Assembly (NCBI GenBank): GCA_022825005.1 | Contig: JAJDYU010000085.1 | Location: 126,947 to 190,946, forward strand | Length of the DNA: 64,000 bases | Reading direction: 5' to 3' | Source of the DNA: Acidimicrobiia bacterium | GTDB taxonomy: Bacteria > Actinomycetota > Acidimicrobiia > Acidimicrobiales > Bin134 | Shown here: positions 19,123-27,357 of the stretch, one piece after another | Layout: each line of letters opens with the position of its first letter | Numbering within the stretch: the first letter of the stretch is position 1 | The notes under the pieces: generated by a model | Told to the model about the DNA's origin: nothing | The model's input: the letters and a program-made list of their open reading frames with translations, nothing else | Database searches by the model: none | Made by a program: the position numbers and the translations under genes

Positions 19123-19306
19123 TGGTCTGACTCCTTGCGAAGAGATAGGGGCTCAAATCGGTTAGAACATAAATTAGCCGTAATATTGAATCGGAACGGA
19201 TAATTTATTCGCCAATAGGCCTAATGCCCACACCTTTTCAAGAATTATTCGCCGTAATCGCGGATAAAATATCAACATAGCGATCGGCTTGCGGCGGAGG
19301 CACGAG
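19123..19306. promoter_or_regulatory. AT-rich divergent promoter/operator region between lrp and ald
   Basis: Clearly lower GC than the flanks. Repeated TTATTCGCC (19205..19213, 19245..19253) and GCCGTAAT (19177..19184, 19251..19258). GGAGG at 19296..19300 precedes the ald ATG. Confidence 0.45.
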
Positions 19307-20440
<1,134 letters not shown>

Positions 20441-20452
20441 TCGAGCTCGCTG

Positions 20453-21955
20453 CTAGATCAGCTCAGCCATCCGCTCGGCTACCGCGATGACATTCAAGTT
20501 CGTGTTGGCTCTCGGGGTCTCCGGCATGATTGACGCGTCGCACACCCGGAGCCCTTCGGTCCCCCAAATTCGGCCGTCGGGGCCGACCACCGCAGCCGGG
20601 TCGTCGGCTGGCCCCATCGCACAGGTGCCTGCGCCGTGGTAAAAGGCCACATGATGGCTAAAGACGTAGGCCAGGAGGTCGTCGCGGGTCATTCGATCGG
20701 GCAGAAACAGCGGGCCTCGGGCCACCCTTCGGTATGGGGTCGTCCCCAATAGCTCCAAGCCGAGCTCTACCGCTTCCACCAGACGCTCAAGATCGGGCCT
20801 ATGAGCCAGGAATGGATAGGTGATGGCTGGCGGATCAGCCGGATCAGTTGACACTGGGCGCACCGATCCTCGGGCATCCACCTGTTGCAGCGCAGCGTTG
20901 AAGGCGAAGACGGTGTCCAGGCCGCCAGCTTCAACCTGGCGTCGGGGACTGCTGGTGAGATCAATCCTCCCCACGGGGAACAGCTGGAGATCGTTGGCGG
21001 GTCCCGTCGAGCTGGTGAACCGCAACAGGGTTTGGATGGTGACATCTTCGGGGGTCACCATCTTCGGCCGGGGTTCTGCAAAGAGGTAGATGGCCGGGTG
21101 ATCAGAGAAATTGGCCCCCACTCCCGGACGGTCGGCAACCACATTGATTCCCAAGCCGGCCAGCTCAGATGCCGGGCCAATCCCCGATCGCCACAGCAGC
21201 ATCGGTGATTGGATCACCCCTGCGGCCAGGATAACCTCCTGGGCAGGAATGGCCTCTGCCCGGCCGTCACAAACAACGTCCACTCCAACGGCTCGATTGC
21301 CTTGCCACCTCACCGTCAGCGTCAGGCAATTGCCCCTCACCTCAAGGTTGGGACGCTTTCTGACCTGGGTGGTCAAGTAAACGTCAGCAGCAGACACACG
21401 CTGCAATCCACGGCGATTGCGAGGCAGCGGGCCTGCGCCGTGGGAATTCGGAGCGTTGTGATCGGCGGTGTAGTCGTAGCCCACTGCCTTGCACGCGTCA
21501 TAGAACGCGGCATGAACCGGGAGCAGTTCAGCCTCTGGGGTACGCACGATGGGCAGCGGGCCGTTGTGGCCATGCCAGCGCTCCTCACCGTCGGGATCCG
21601 ACTCCAGTCGCCGGAAACTGTCCAGCATCGCCTCCCACCGCCACTCGGGAAACCCCCATGCGTCGAAGTCTGCGGGCATTGCCCGTATGGCGATACCGCC
21701 ATTGACCGCAGAGCTGCCGCCGAGCACTCGTCCTCGGGGGTAGGGCTGAGTTCGGCCTCCGGGTAGACGCACCTCATCGCCCCAGTCATGATCCGGATGC
21801 GAGGAGACCGTGATGTCGGCCAATGCAGGGGGCAAGTGGGCTCCGTGGTCCGGACCGGCCTCGAGCAGCAGCACATTGCGGGCAGGATCCTCAGACAATC
21901 GGGATGCCAATACCGATCCCGCTGATCCTCCCCCGACGATGACGGTGTCAATCAC
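20453..21955 (-). CDS. GMC family oxidoreductase (choline dehydrogenase-like)
   Basis: 500 aa. IVGGGSAGSVLASRLSED...LLLEAGP FAD motif. Confidence 0.9.
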   Translation of the reverse strand: MIDTVIVGGGSAGSVLASRLSEDPARNVLLLEAGPDHGAHLPPALADITVSSHPDHDWGDEVRLPGGRTQPYPRGRVLGGSSAVNGGIAIRAMPADFDAWGFPEWRWEAMLDSFRRLESDPDGEERWHGHNGPLPIVRTPEAELLPVHAAFYDACKAVGYDYTADHNAPNSHGAGPLPRNRRGLQRVSAADVYLTTQVRKRPNLEVRGNCLTLTVRWQGNRAVGVDVVCDGRAEAIPAQEVILAAGVIQSPMLLWRSGIGPASELAGLGINVVADRPGVGANFSDHPAIYLFAEPRPKMVTPEDVTIQTLLRFTSSTGPANDLQLFPVGRIDLTSSPRRQVEAGGLDTVFAFNAALQQVDARGSVRPVSTDPADPPAITYPFLAHRPDLERLVEAVELGLELLGTTPYRRVARGPLFLPDRMTRDDLLAYVFSHHVAFYHGAGTCAMGPADDPAAVVGPDGRIWGTEGLRVCDASIMPETPRANTNLNVIAVAERMAELI

Positions 21956-22722
21956 TACTGGGCGGCTTTGTTCGACTCCCGCTCTCCTCGAATGAAGGCG
22001 TCCCGGGCCTTTTCGCCTTCGCCCATGAGATTCAGCTCGTAGGTGAACCCCTGTTCGAATCGATAGCTGCGGTGCACGTCAACCGGGTCGATCCCGTTGA
22101 TCGACCACTTGGCCTTGCGGATCACGCCGGGTGGCTTTGACGCGATCACCCCGGCCAGCCTTCGGGCCTCGTCCATGAGCTGGTCGCCGGGGACCACGCT
22201 CAGCACGGTCCCCCACCGCTGGAGGTCTTCGGCGGCCACCGGCTCACAGCTGTACATCATCCAGCGCATCACCTTTTCCGGAACGAGCCGAGCAGTGTGG
22301 GTGGCGGCTCCCAAGGCTCCGTTGTCAACTTCGGGCATGGAGAATTTGACCCCCTCGGCGGCCACCACCAAGTCGCAATTGCCCGCAAGACCGATCCCCA
22401 AACCCAGGCAAAAGTCCTGAACTGCGGCAATCACTGGCACCGCGCAGTCGTACACCGCTCCAAAGGCCTCATAGCAGGCATCTCCGGTGCCCAGAACTCC
22501 CTCAAAGCCCTCCATGGCCTGCATTTCCTTGATGTCCACTCCAGCGTTGAACCCCCGGCCCACGGCGGTGAGGATGGCCACGCGCACGTTGGAGTCGTGC
22601 TTATAGCCGCGGAATATCTCAGCCAGCTGATAGGTATCGGCGATATTGAGTGCGTTCACCGGCGGGTTGTCCATAGTGACGACGGCAATGCCCTGCTCGT
22701 CGATCTCGGTGTGAATGGCCAC
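21955..22722 (-). CDS. Enoyl-CoA hydratase/isomerase (crotonase) family protein
   Basis: GIAVVTMDNPPVNAL...GRGFNAGVDIKEM. Start set at GTG 22722 (AAGGAG 6 nt upstream). The track start 22776 is probably too long. Confidence 0.85.
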   Translation of the reverse strand: MAIHTEIDEQGIAVVTMDNPPVNALNIADTYQLAEIFRGYKHDSNVRVAILTAVGRGFNAGVDIKEMQAMEGFEGVLGTGDACYEAFGAVYDCAVPVIAAVQDFCLGLGIGLAGNCDLVVAAEGVKFSMPEVDNGALGAATHTARLVPEKVMRWMMYSCEPVAAEDLQRWGTVLSVVPGDQLMDEARRLAGVIASKPPGVIRKAKWSINGIDPVDVHRSYRFEQGFTYELNLMGEGEKARDAFIRGERESNKAAQ

Positions 22723-22818
22723 TGTGCGCTCCTTTGCCTCTCGCACGCCAGCGTAGGCTCGCCAAGCGCCAGCCACTACCTTCTAGGCGAAGCAACTGCC
22801 CCAGAAAGCGAGCACATC

Positions 22819-23901
22819 TTGCGAATCGGCTATCTGATCGACACCAACCACGGAACCTACGACCAACCCCTGCCTGCTCCGGACAACGCGGCAAACGCCC
22901 TCGATGCCATGATCGAGGAGGGGATCTTGGCCGAGCAGTCCGGGTTTCACTCCATCCAAGTCCCCGACCGACATGGCCGCACAGAGTCTTACTTCGGCTC
23001 GCCGCTGAATTTGCTGATGATCTTGGCCCGGGAGACTTCCCGGGTGGCCATCGGCTCCTACTGCCTGGTCAACACGCTCTACCACCCGATGGAGATAGCC
23101 GAGCAGTGCGCCATCATCGACAACATCTCCAGGGGAAGGCTGTACATGACCTGGGGACGGGGATTCCATGCCGGCTACTGGGGCCAGTTCGGGGTGCCGC
23201 ACGAGCGGATGCTGGGCCGCTACCTGGAGAACGTGGCCATCATCGACAAGGCCTTGCAATCCAAGGGTGAGCGGTTCAGTTGGGACGGCGACTTCTACCA
23301 GGTGAGCGACGGCCTGCTGTCTCCCAGTTCCTTTCAACAGCCCCGTTTCCCGTTCTGGGGCGGCGGTCAGCTTCCCGCAGCCATCGAGCGGTGCGGGGTC
23401 TACGCCGAGTCGTGGACTTGCGATGACTTTCCCATCCTCAAGGAGACGTGGGATGTGCAGGCCGGCGCCTATCGGGCCAAGGCACTCGAGCACGGCAAGG
23501 AGCCGTTCATCGTCTTGATGAGAAAGGCATGGGTGGCCGACACCTTCGAACAGGCTGCCGACCAGTACGGCGCCCATTACGTGCCCGAGATGCGGTTCTA
23601 CTGCGAACAGGGCATCCTGGCCCACCACCCCGAGTTCGACTCCCCGGAGAAGATCACCACTGAATCGGCCCGCGAGCACATTGTGGTGGGCTCCCCCGCC
23701 CAATGCCGGGAGCGCCTAGAGCAGTACTACGAGGAATTGGGCGTGCAGTACTTCACCGTGCAGTTCCGCATGGTTACCGGACCGTCCTTCGAGGCGACCC
23801 GAGAGCAAATCCAGCGCTTCGGCGAGGAGGTAGTGCAGCCGCTGCACCGCAAGTACCCCGCTCCAGACCATCCGGCCATCCCCGAAGCCTGCCGATGGTG
23901 A
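22819..23901 (+). CDS. LLM-class (luciferase-like) flavin-dependent oxidoreductase
   Basis: RIGYLIDTN...GFHSIQVPDRH...NISRGRLYMTWGRG. Only the 3' two-thirds of track ORF 22297..23901 is credible. The TTG 22819 start avoids the antisense overlap with the crotonase. Confidence 0.8.
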   Translation: MRIGYLIDTNHGTYDQPLPAPDNAANALDAMIEEGILAEQSGFHSIQVPDRHGRTESYFGSPLNLLMILARETSRVAIGSYCLVNTLYHPMEIAEQCAIIDNISRGRLYMTWGRGFHAGYWGQFGVPHERMLGRYLENVAIIDKALQSKGERFSWDGDFYQVSDGLLSPSSFQQPRFPFWGGGQLPAAIERCGVYAESWTCDDFPILKETWDVQAGAYRAKALEHGKEPFIVLMRKAWVADTFEQAADQYGAHYVPEMRFYCEQGILAHHPEFDSPEKITTESAREHIVVGSPAQCRERLEQYYEELGVQYFTVQFRMVTGPSFEATREQIQRFGEEVVQPLHRKYPAPDHPAIPEACRW

Positions 23902-23905
23902 GCAG

Positions 23906-24361
23906 ATGACTTCGGCGACACAGACTCCGACCATTGAAGAACTGGAATCCCTGGTGGGAAGGCAGTTCCCGGGTGGCACCTACGCGGTGGAACCGTGGCG
24001 GGTGTGGCTGACCAACGACGTGATCGGCGCCCCACAGCGAACCGACGGCATCGCCCATCCCATGTTCTGCTACTACGCGGCGATGGCCGGTTTTGGCATC
24101 TCCATCGACGAGATGTTCACCCTTTGCTACGCGTCAGCCGACGACGGTCCGATGTTCGGAGAGTGCGATATCCAGCAGATGCGCCCTTTGAAGATCGGCG
24201 CCACCTACACCGTGAGGGGCAAGATCACCAGCGCAGTCCGCAAGCAGGGGGAGCGCACCGGCACCTTTGACATCGTTGCCTTTCAGCTGGAGGTAGTTGC
24301 CCCTGATGGCGAAGTTTCTTCCGTGGTTTCCAACTCATTCATCTTTCCCAGGAGGTCCTAG
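23906..24361 (+). CDS. MaoC-N/FAS1-dehydratase-like hotdog protein (non-catalytic hydratase subunit type)
   Basis: 151 aa hotdog-like. Start/stop overlaps the downstream MaoC gene. Confidence 0.7.
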   Translation: MTSATQTPTIEELESLVGRQFPGGTYAVEPWRVWLTNDVIGAPQRTDGIAHPMFCYYAAMAGFGISIDEMFTLCYASADDGPMFGECDIQQMRPLKIGATYTVRGKITSAVRKQGERTGTFDIVAFQLEVVAPDGEVSSVVSNSFIFPRRS

Positions 24362-24771
24362 TGAGCGCGGTCCTTAATCCATCAGTGGGTGACGAACTGC
24401 CCCGTCTGGTTATCGAGGCAGTGGATGCCGGGAAGATGAAGACAATGGCCGCCTTGTTGGGCGACTCCAACCCCATCCACTGGGACGTCGACACCGTGAG
24501 AGAACTGGGTATGGGCGACCAGCCAGTTAATCAAGGGCCCAACAATCTGGGGTATGTGATGAACATGCTGGGCGATTGGGCCGGTGGCGCCGAGCGAATC
24601 CAGAACATCCGCGTTCGTTTTGTGGACAACGTCTTCGCCGGGGACCGCTTGGAGGCCGGCGGTACCGTAACTGCAATCGGCGACGATGGCACCGTCGAGT
24701 GCGATGTCTGGTTGGCAAGAGACGGCACCCACCCGGTACTGGCCGGAAAGACCACCGTCTCGTTGGCCTAA
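24361..24771 (+). CDS. MaoC family (R)-specific enoyl-CoA hydratase subunit
   Basis: 136 aa. LLGDSNPIHWD hydratase motif. Confidence 0.8.
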   Translation: MSAVLNPSVGDELPRLVIEAVDAGKMKTMAALLGDSNPIHWDVDTVRELGMGDQPVNQGPNNLGYVMNMLGDWAGGAERIQNIRVRFVDNVFAGDRLEAGGTVTAIGDDGTVECDVWLARDGTHPVLAGKTTVSLA

Positions 24772-24837
24772 GGTCAAGTATTGATGGGCGAGGCTCTTCG
24801 AATGGGAGCGAAGGAAAGTGCAGTTTTGAGTCCCGTT

Positions 24838-24855
24838 ATTAGTCCTATTACTAAT
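24838..24855. promoter_or_regulatory. Inverted repeat ATTAGT-N6-ACTAAT upstream of the His-rich gene (possible operator)
   Basis: Seen directly in the 164-bp AT-richer gap 24772..24935. The cognate regulator is unknown. Confidence 0.25.
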
Positions 24856-24935
24856 TGCAGAGAAAGATTGATGACTGGCATCGATCATGCCTAGGGTTTG
24901 GCACGTACTACTTCCTCTTCACATAAGGAGTCCTC

Positions 24936-25253
24936 ATGTCTGACCATGTTCACACTGATGCGTGCTACGACCATCCGGAGCACACCCACGCCGACCACGA
25001 AGACCACTGCGGTCAAGCCGAGCACGATCACGCCGATCACTGCGACACGCCTGAGCACACCCACGCCGACCACGAAGACCACTGCAACGAACCCGGACAC
25101 ACTCATGCTGATCACGCCGACCACTGCGACGAGGCGGAGCACGATCACGCCGATCACTGCGACACGCCTGAGCACACCCACGCCGACCACGAAGACCACT
25201 GCGATATCCCGGTACATGTCCACACCGAAGAGTGCTGTACCGCTGCGGCATAG
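24936..25253 (+). CDS. His/Asp/Cys-rich repeat protein; putative cytosolic metal-binding/buffering protein
   Basis: 105 aa with 27 His, 19 Asp and 9 Cys (own count). Repeats EH[TD]HADH(ED)HC. AAGGAG at 24925..24930 lies 5 nt before the ATG. The stop TAG overlaps GTG 25253 of the CDF gene. Confidence 0.75.
   Translation: MSDHVHTDACYDHPEHTHADHEDHCGQAEHDHADHCDTPEHTHADHEDHCNEPGHTHADHADHCDEAEHDHADHCDTPEHTHADHEDHCDIPVHVHTEECCTAAA
25020..25202 (+). repeat. Perfect 66-bp direct repeat (25020..25085 and 25137..25202) inside the His-rich gene. A third 33-bp copy lies at 24978..25010.
   Basis: Read directly: gagcacgatcacgccgatcactgcgacacgcctgagcacacccacgccgaccacgaagaccactgc occurs twice. The copy-to-copy period is 117 bp, which is in frame. 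Confidence 0.9.
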
Positions 25254-26389
25254 TGGACAAACCTGATCATGGTCATGGGCATGACCACGGCCATGCCCAT
25301 GACGATGATTGCGGACACGATCACGGGCACGACCACCACGACCACGGGCACCACGATCACGGGCACGACCACCACGACCACGGGCACCACGACCACGGGC
25401 ACGACCACCACGACCACGGGCACCATCACCATGATCTGCGAGAGGCCAGCCGAAAGAGCTTGATCACCGCGGTCACCTTGACCACCACATTCATGGTGAT
25501 TGAAGTGATCGGCGGCTTCGCGTCGGGCAGCCTGGCGCTGATCTCCGACGCCGGCCACATGCTCACCGATAGCGCGGCCATTGGCCTAGCGCTGTTCGCC
25601 ATGTGGGCTGCCGACCGAGCCGCTTCTGCCAAGCGGACATTCGGCTTTTATCGAACCGAGATCCTGGCCGCTATGTTCAATGCCCTATCCCTCTGGGTGA
25701 TCGTAGGATGGATTTTCTTCGAGGCGATTCGAAGATTCGGTGCGGATACTCACCACGTCGAAGGCGGGCTCATGCTCGGCGTGGGCACGGCCGGTCTATT
25801 GATCAACGTGTTGGTGGCCTATGTCCTCCATCGCCAATCCGGACACAGCCTGAACGTGGAGGGTGCTTTTCAGCACGTCTTGGCCGACTTGCTGGGCTCG
25901 GTGGCCGTTGTGATCTCGGGCATCTTTATCATCAGCGTGGGCTGGGACATCGTAGACCCGATCCTCAGCATGTTCATCGGTGTGCTCATCCTCTTCAGCT
26001 CTTGGAATCTCGTGTCCGAGGTATTCCACGTGCTGATTGACGGCACACCCGAGAACGTGGATGTCTACAAGCTGTGCCATGACATCGAAGAGGTGGAGGG
26101 TGTCACCATCGTCCACGATGTGCATGTACGGACGATCTCATCGGGCTATCTGTCTATGACCGCCCATGTGCTGGCCGAACCGGCTAGCGACGTTCAAGTA
26201 GGGGATGACCAGCTCCGTAGAATCCGCGAGATCGTCAAGGGTTACGGAATCCAGCACACCACCATCCAGCTTGAGCATTCGGTAGAGGGCTGCGACCAGG
26301 AGAGCCACCATGTCGACCATCTGTTTGCCACCGAGCGGGAAATCCGTCAGAAGTCCAAGCTCACCAAATTCCTAATGCATTCCCATTAG
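25253..26389 (+). CDS. Cation diffusion facilitator (CDF; CzcD/ZitB-type) divalent-metal exporter with a long His/Asp/Gly-rich N-terminal tail
   Basis: TM core ...LITAVTLTTTFMVIEVIGGFASGSLALISDAGHMLTD..., FGFYRTEILAA, and a C-terminal cytoplasmic domain. The start is GTG 25253 (coupled, TAGTG) or the track GTG 25232. Confidence 0.9.
   Translation: MDKPDHGHGHDHGHAHDDDCGHDHGHDHHDHGHHDHGHDHHDHGHHDHGHDHHDHGHHHHDLREASRKSLITAVTLTTTFMVIEVIGGFASGSLALISDAGHMLTDSAAIGLALFAMWAADRAASAKRTFGFYRTEILAAMFNALSLWVIVGWIFFEAIRRFGADTHHVEGGLMLGVGTAGLLINVLVAYVLHRQSGHSLNVEGAFQHVLADLLGSVAVVISGIFIISVGWDIVDPILSMFIGVLILFSSWNLVSEVFHVLIDGTPENVDVYKLCHDIEEVEGVTIVHDVHVRTISSGYLSMTAHVLAEPASDVQVGDDQLRRIREIVKGYGIQHTTIQLEHSVEGCDQESHHVDHLFATEREIRQKSKLTKFLMHSH
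25319..25426 (+). repeat. Three tandem 36-bp coding repeats (DHGHDHHDHGHH x3) in the CDF N-terminus
   Basis: gatcacgggcacgaccaccacgaccacgggcaccac occurs twice exactly, then once with two substitutions. Confidence 0.9.
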
Positions 26390-26457
26390 GGGGCGGCGCG
26401 AACGGGTGACCATCCATGGGTGGCATGCATACGGGTTCTCAGGTATTGGTGCAGGCT

Positions 26458-27321
26458 CTATGCAGCCAACCGGACTCTTTCTGAGCCGGTCAGGGTCCTG
26501 ACGGTAAGGGCGACCAGAAACAGGACCACCGTGCACAGGGCCATGGTGGCCCCGGCTGCGGTGTCGTGGTGGTAACTGATGAGCAATCCGACCAAGACCG
26601 AGACTGCGCCGAGGATGGCCGCGGAAACCATGATTGCCGGAATCCGACGGAACAGCATGGCGGCGGTGGACGGAGGCGCTACTAGAAAAGCGAAGACCAG
26701 CAGGTTCCCCACTGCTTGGAATGAGGCGACGATGGCGATGGCCAACAGTGCCAGCAGGGCGGCGTGGGCTAACCGAGGCCGGAGCCCCATTAGCCGGGCC
26801 TGAATCTCGTCAAAGGTCATCACCAAGAACGCCCGGTGGAGGACGACAACCCCCAACAACACGACACCGGCGATAACTAGCTGGCGGATAAGGTCGCTGT
26901 CGGTTACTCCGGTAATGGAGCCGAACAAGAAACGGCTTAGATCACCAGAGTAAGCCCCGGAGCTACTGGACATAATCACAACTGCCAAGGCCAGGAAACC
27001 CACATAAAGCAATCCGATCGAGCTGTCGTCAGACAGTGGGGAATGATGGCGGATGAGGTTTATGCCGTAGACCATGACCAGCGCGGCGATGAGCGCCCCC
27101 AGCGTCGTATCGCCCCCGACAATGAAAGCGATGGCCAGGCCGGGCAGCACACCATGGGCCAATGCCTCACCGAAAAAGCTCATCCCCCGAAGGACCACCC
27201 ACGTACCCACCGTGGATGTGGCCAGCACTGCCAACAACCCCGACCACAGGGCGTTTCGCATGAAGATGTTGTCGATGAAGGGTTCGATCCACCAGTCGAT
27301 TGGGCTGGTCAAAAACTCCAT
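26458..27321 (-). CDS. znuB: Metal (zinc-type) ABC transporter permease, ABC-3 family
   Basis: 287 aa multi-TM. ...RNALWSGLLAVLATSTVGTWVVLRGMSFFGEALAHGVLPGLA... Confidence 0.85.
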   Translation of the reverse strand: MEFLTSPIDWWIEPFIDNIFMRNALWSGLLAVLATSTVGTWVVLRGMSFFGEALAHGVLPGLAIAFIVGGDTTLGALIAALVMVYGINLIRHHSPLSDDSSIGLLYVGFLALAVVIMSSSSGAYSGDLSRFLFGSITGVTDSDLIRQLVIAGVVLLGVVVLHRAFLVMTFDEIQARLMGLRPRLAHAALLALLAIAIVASFQAVGNLLVFAFLVAPPSTAAMLFRRIPAIMVSAAILGAVSVLVGLLISYHHDTAAGATMALCTVVLFLVALTVRTLTGSERVRLAA

Positions 27322-27357
27322 GCTGCAAGCCCTAGTGGTGAGTCATGAGGGACTGGG

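Noticed and set aside
22040-22070. tRNA-like T-loop string gttcgaatc
   Set aside because: It lies inside the crotonase CDS. It lacks the GG prefix and CC suffix and any acceptor or anticodon stem context. No tRNA-like cloverleaf was seen anywhere in the window.
22297-22818. 5' third of the 534-aa ORF 22297..23901
   Set aside because: It is antisense to the crotonase gene and has no protein-like sequence. The LLM homology begins at about 22819.
25319-25426. Possible CRISPR array, suggested by regularly spaced 36-bp repeats
   Set aside because: The repeats are directly abutting, with no spacers. They are in frame inside a CDF gene and encode DHGHDHHDHGHH. No cas genes are present.
24891-25558. 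ORFs 24891..25223(-), 24934..25260(-), 24898..25266(+), 25154..25558(-) and 25269..25463(+), which overlap the His-rich gene and the CDF N-terminus
   Set aside because: They are alternative-frame or antisense translations of the same DNA repeats (Val/Gly-, Arg/Gly- or Thr/Pro-rich). None has an SD. The 24936 frame has AAGGAG at the correct spacing and stop/start coupling to the CDF gene.
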